Assembly: GCA_051362555.1 (NCBI GenBank)
Contig: CM120649.1
Location: 16,010,567 to 16,074,566, forward strand
Source of the DNA: Lingula anatina
Taxonomy: Eukaryota > Animalia > Brachiopoda
Direction: 5' to 3'
DNA: 64,000 bases
Every line of letters begins with the position of its first letter. Positions within the stretch are counted from its first letter, which is position 1. Position numbers and translations under genes: made by a program. This document shows positions 63,959-64,000 of the stretch, one piece after another. The notes under the pieces were generated by a model. That model had not been told where the DNA came from and searched no databases. It worked only from the letters and a program-made list of their open reading frames with translations.

Positions 63959-64000
63959 ATAAAAGTTCCCCTCCGTTTAAAGGTCACGAGAATTACCTCA

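Overview
AT-rich, intron-containing animal genomic DNA, probably a marine invertebrate (lophotrochozoan-like by inference; not determinable from sequence alone). All gene models were built by hand from GT-AG boundaries and phase consistency. From left to right: (1) two divergently transcribed 7-exon paralogs, each modelled at 712 aa, encoding signal peptide - C-type lectin domain - ~120 Gly-X-Y triplets - Thr/Phe-rich stalk - transmembrane helix - short tail, i.e. a type I membrane 'inverted collectin' and the best novelty candidate here; (2) a non-autonomous TIR element with a 211-bp internal satellite; (3) two tRNA-Arg(TCG) genes and one tRNA-Leu(TAA); (4) a 25-exon secreted GH31 alpha-glucosidase with four N-terminal trefoil domains; (5) four 6-exon ependymin-related genes (+,-,+,+) sharing a His-rich C-terminal micro-exon, one hosting a frameshifted intronless GT31 glycosyltransferase and one hosting a decayed Tc1 element. 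Several MITE families, tandem repeats and microsatellites are also present. Most short ORFs in the supplied track are intronic noise or antisense shadows.
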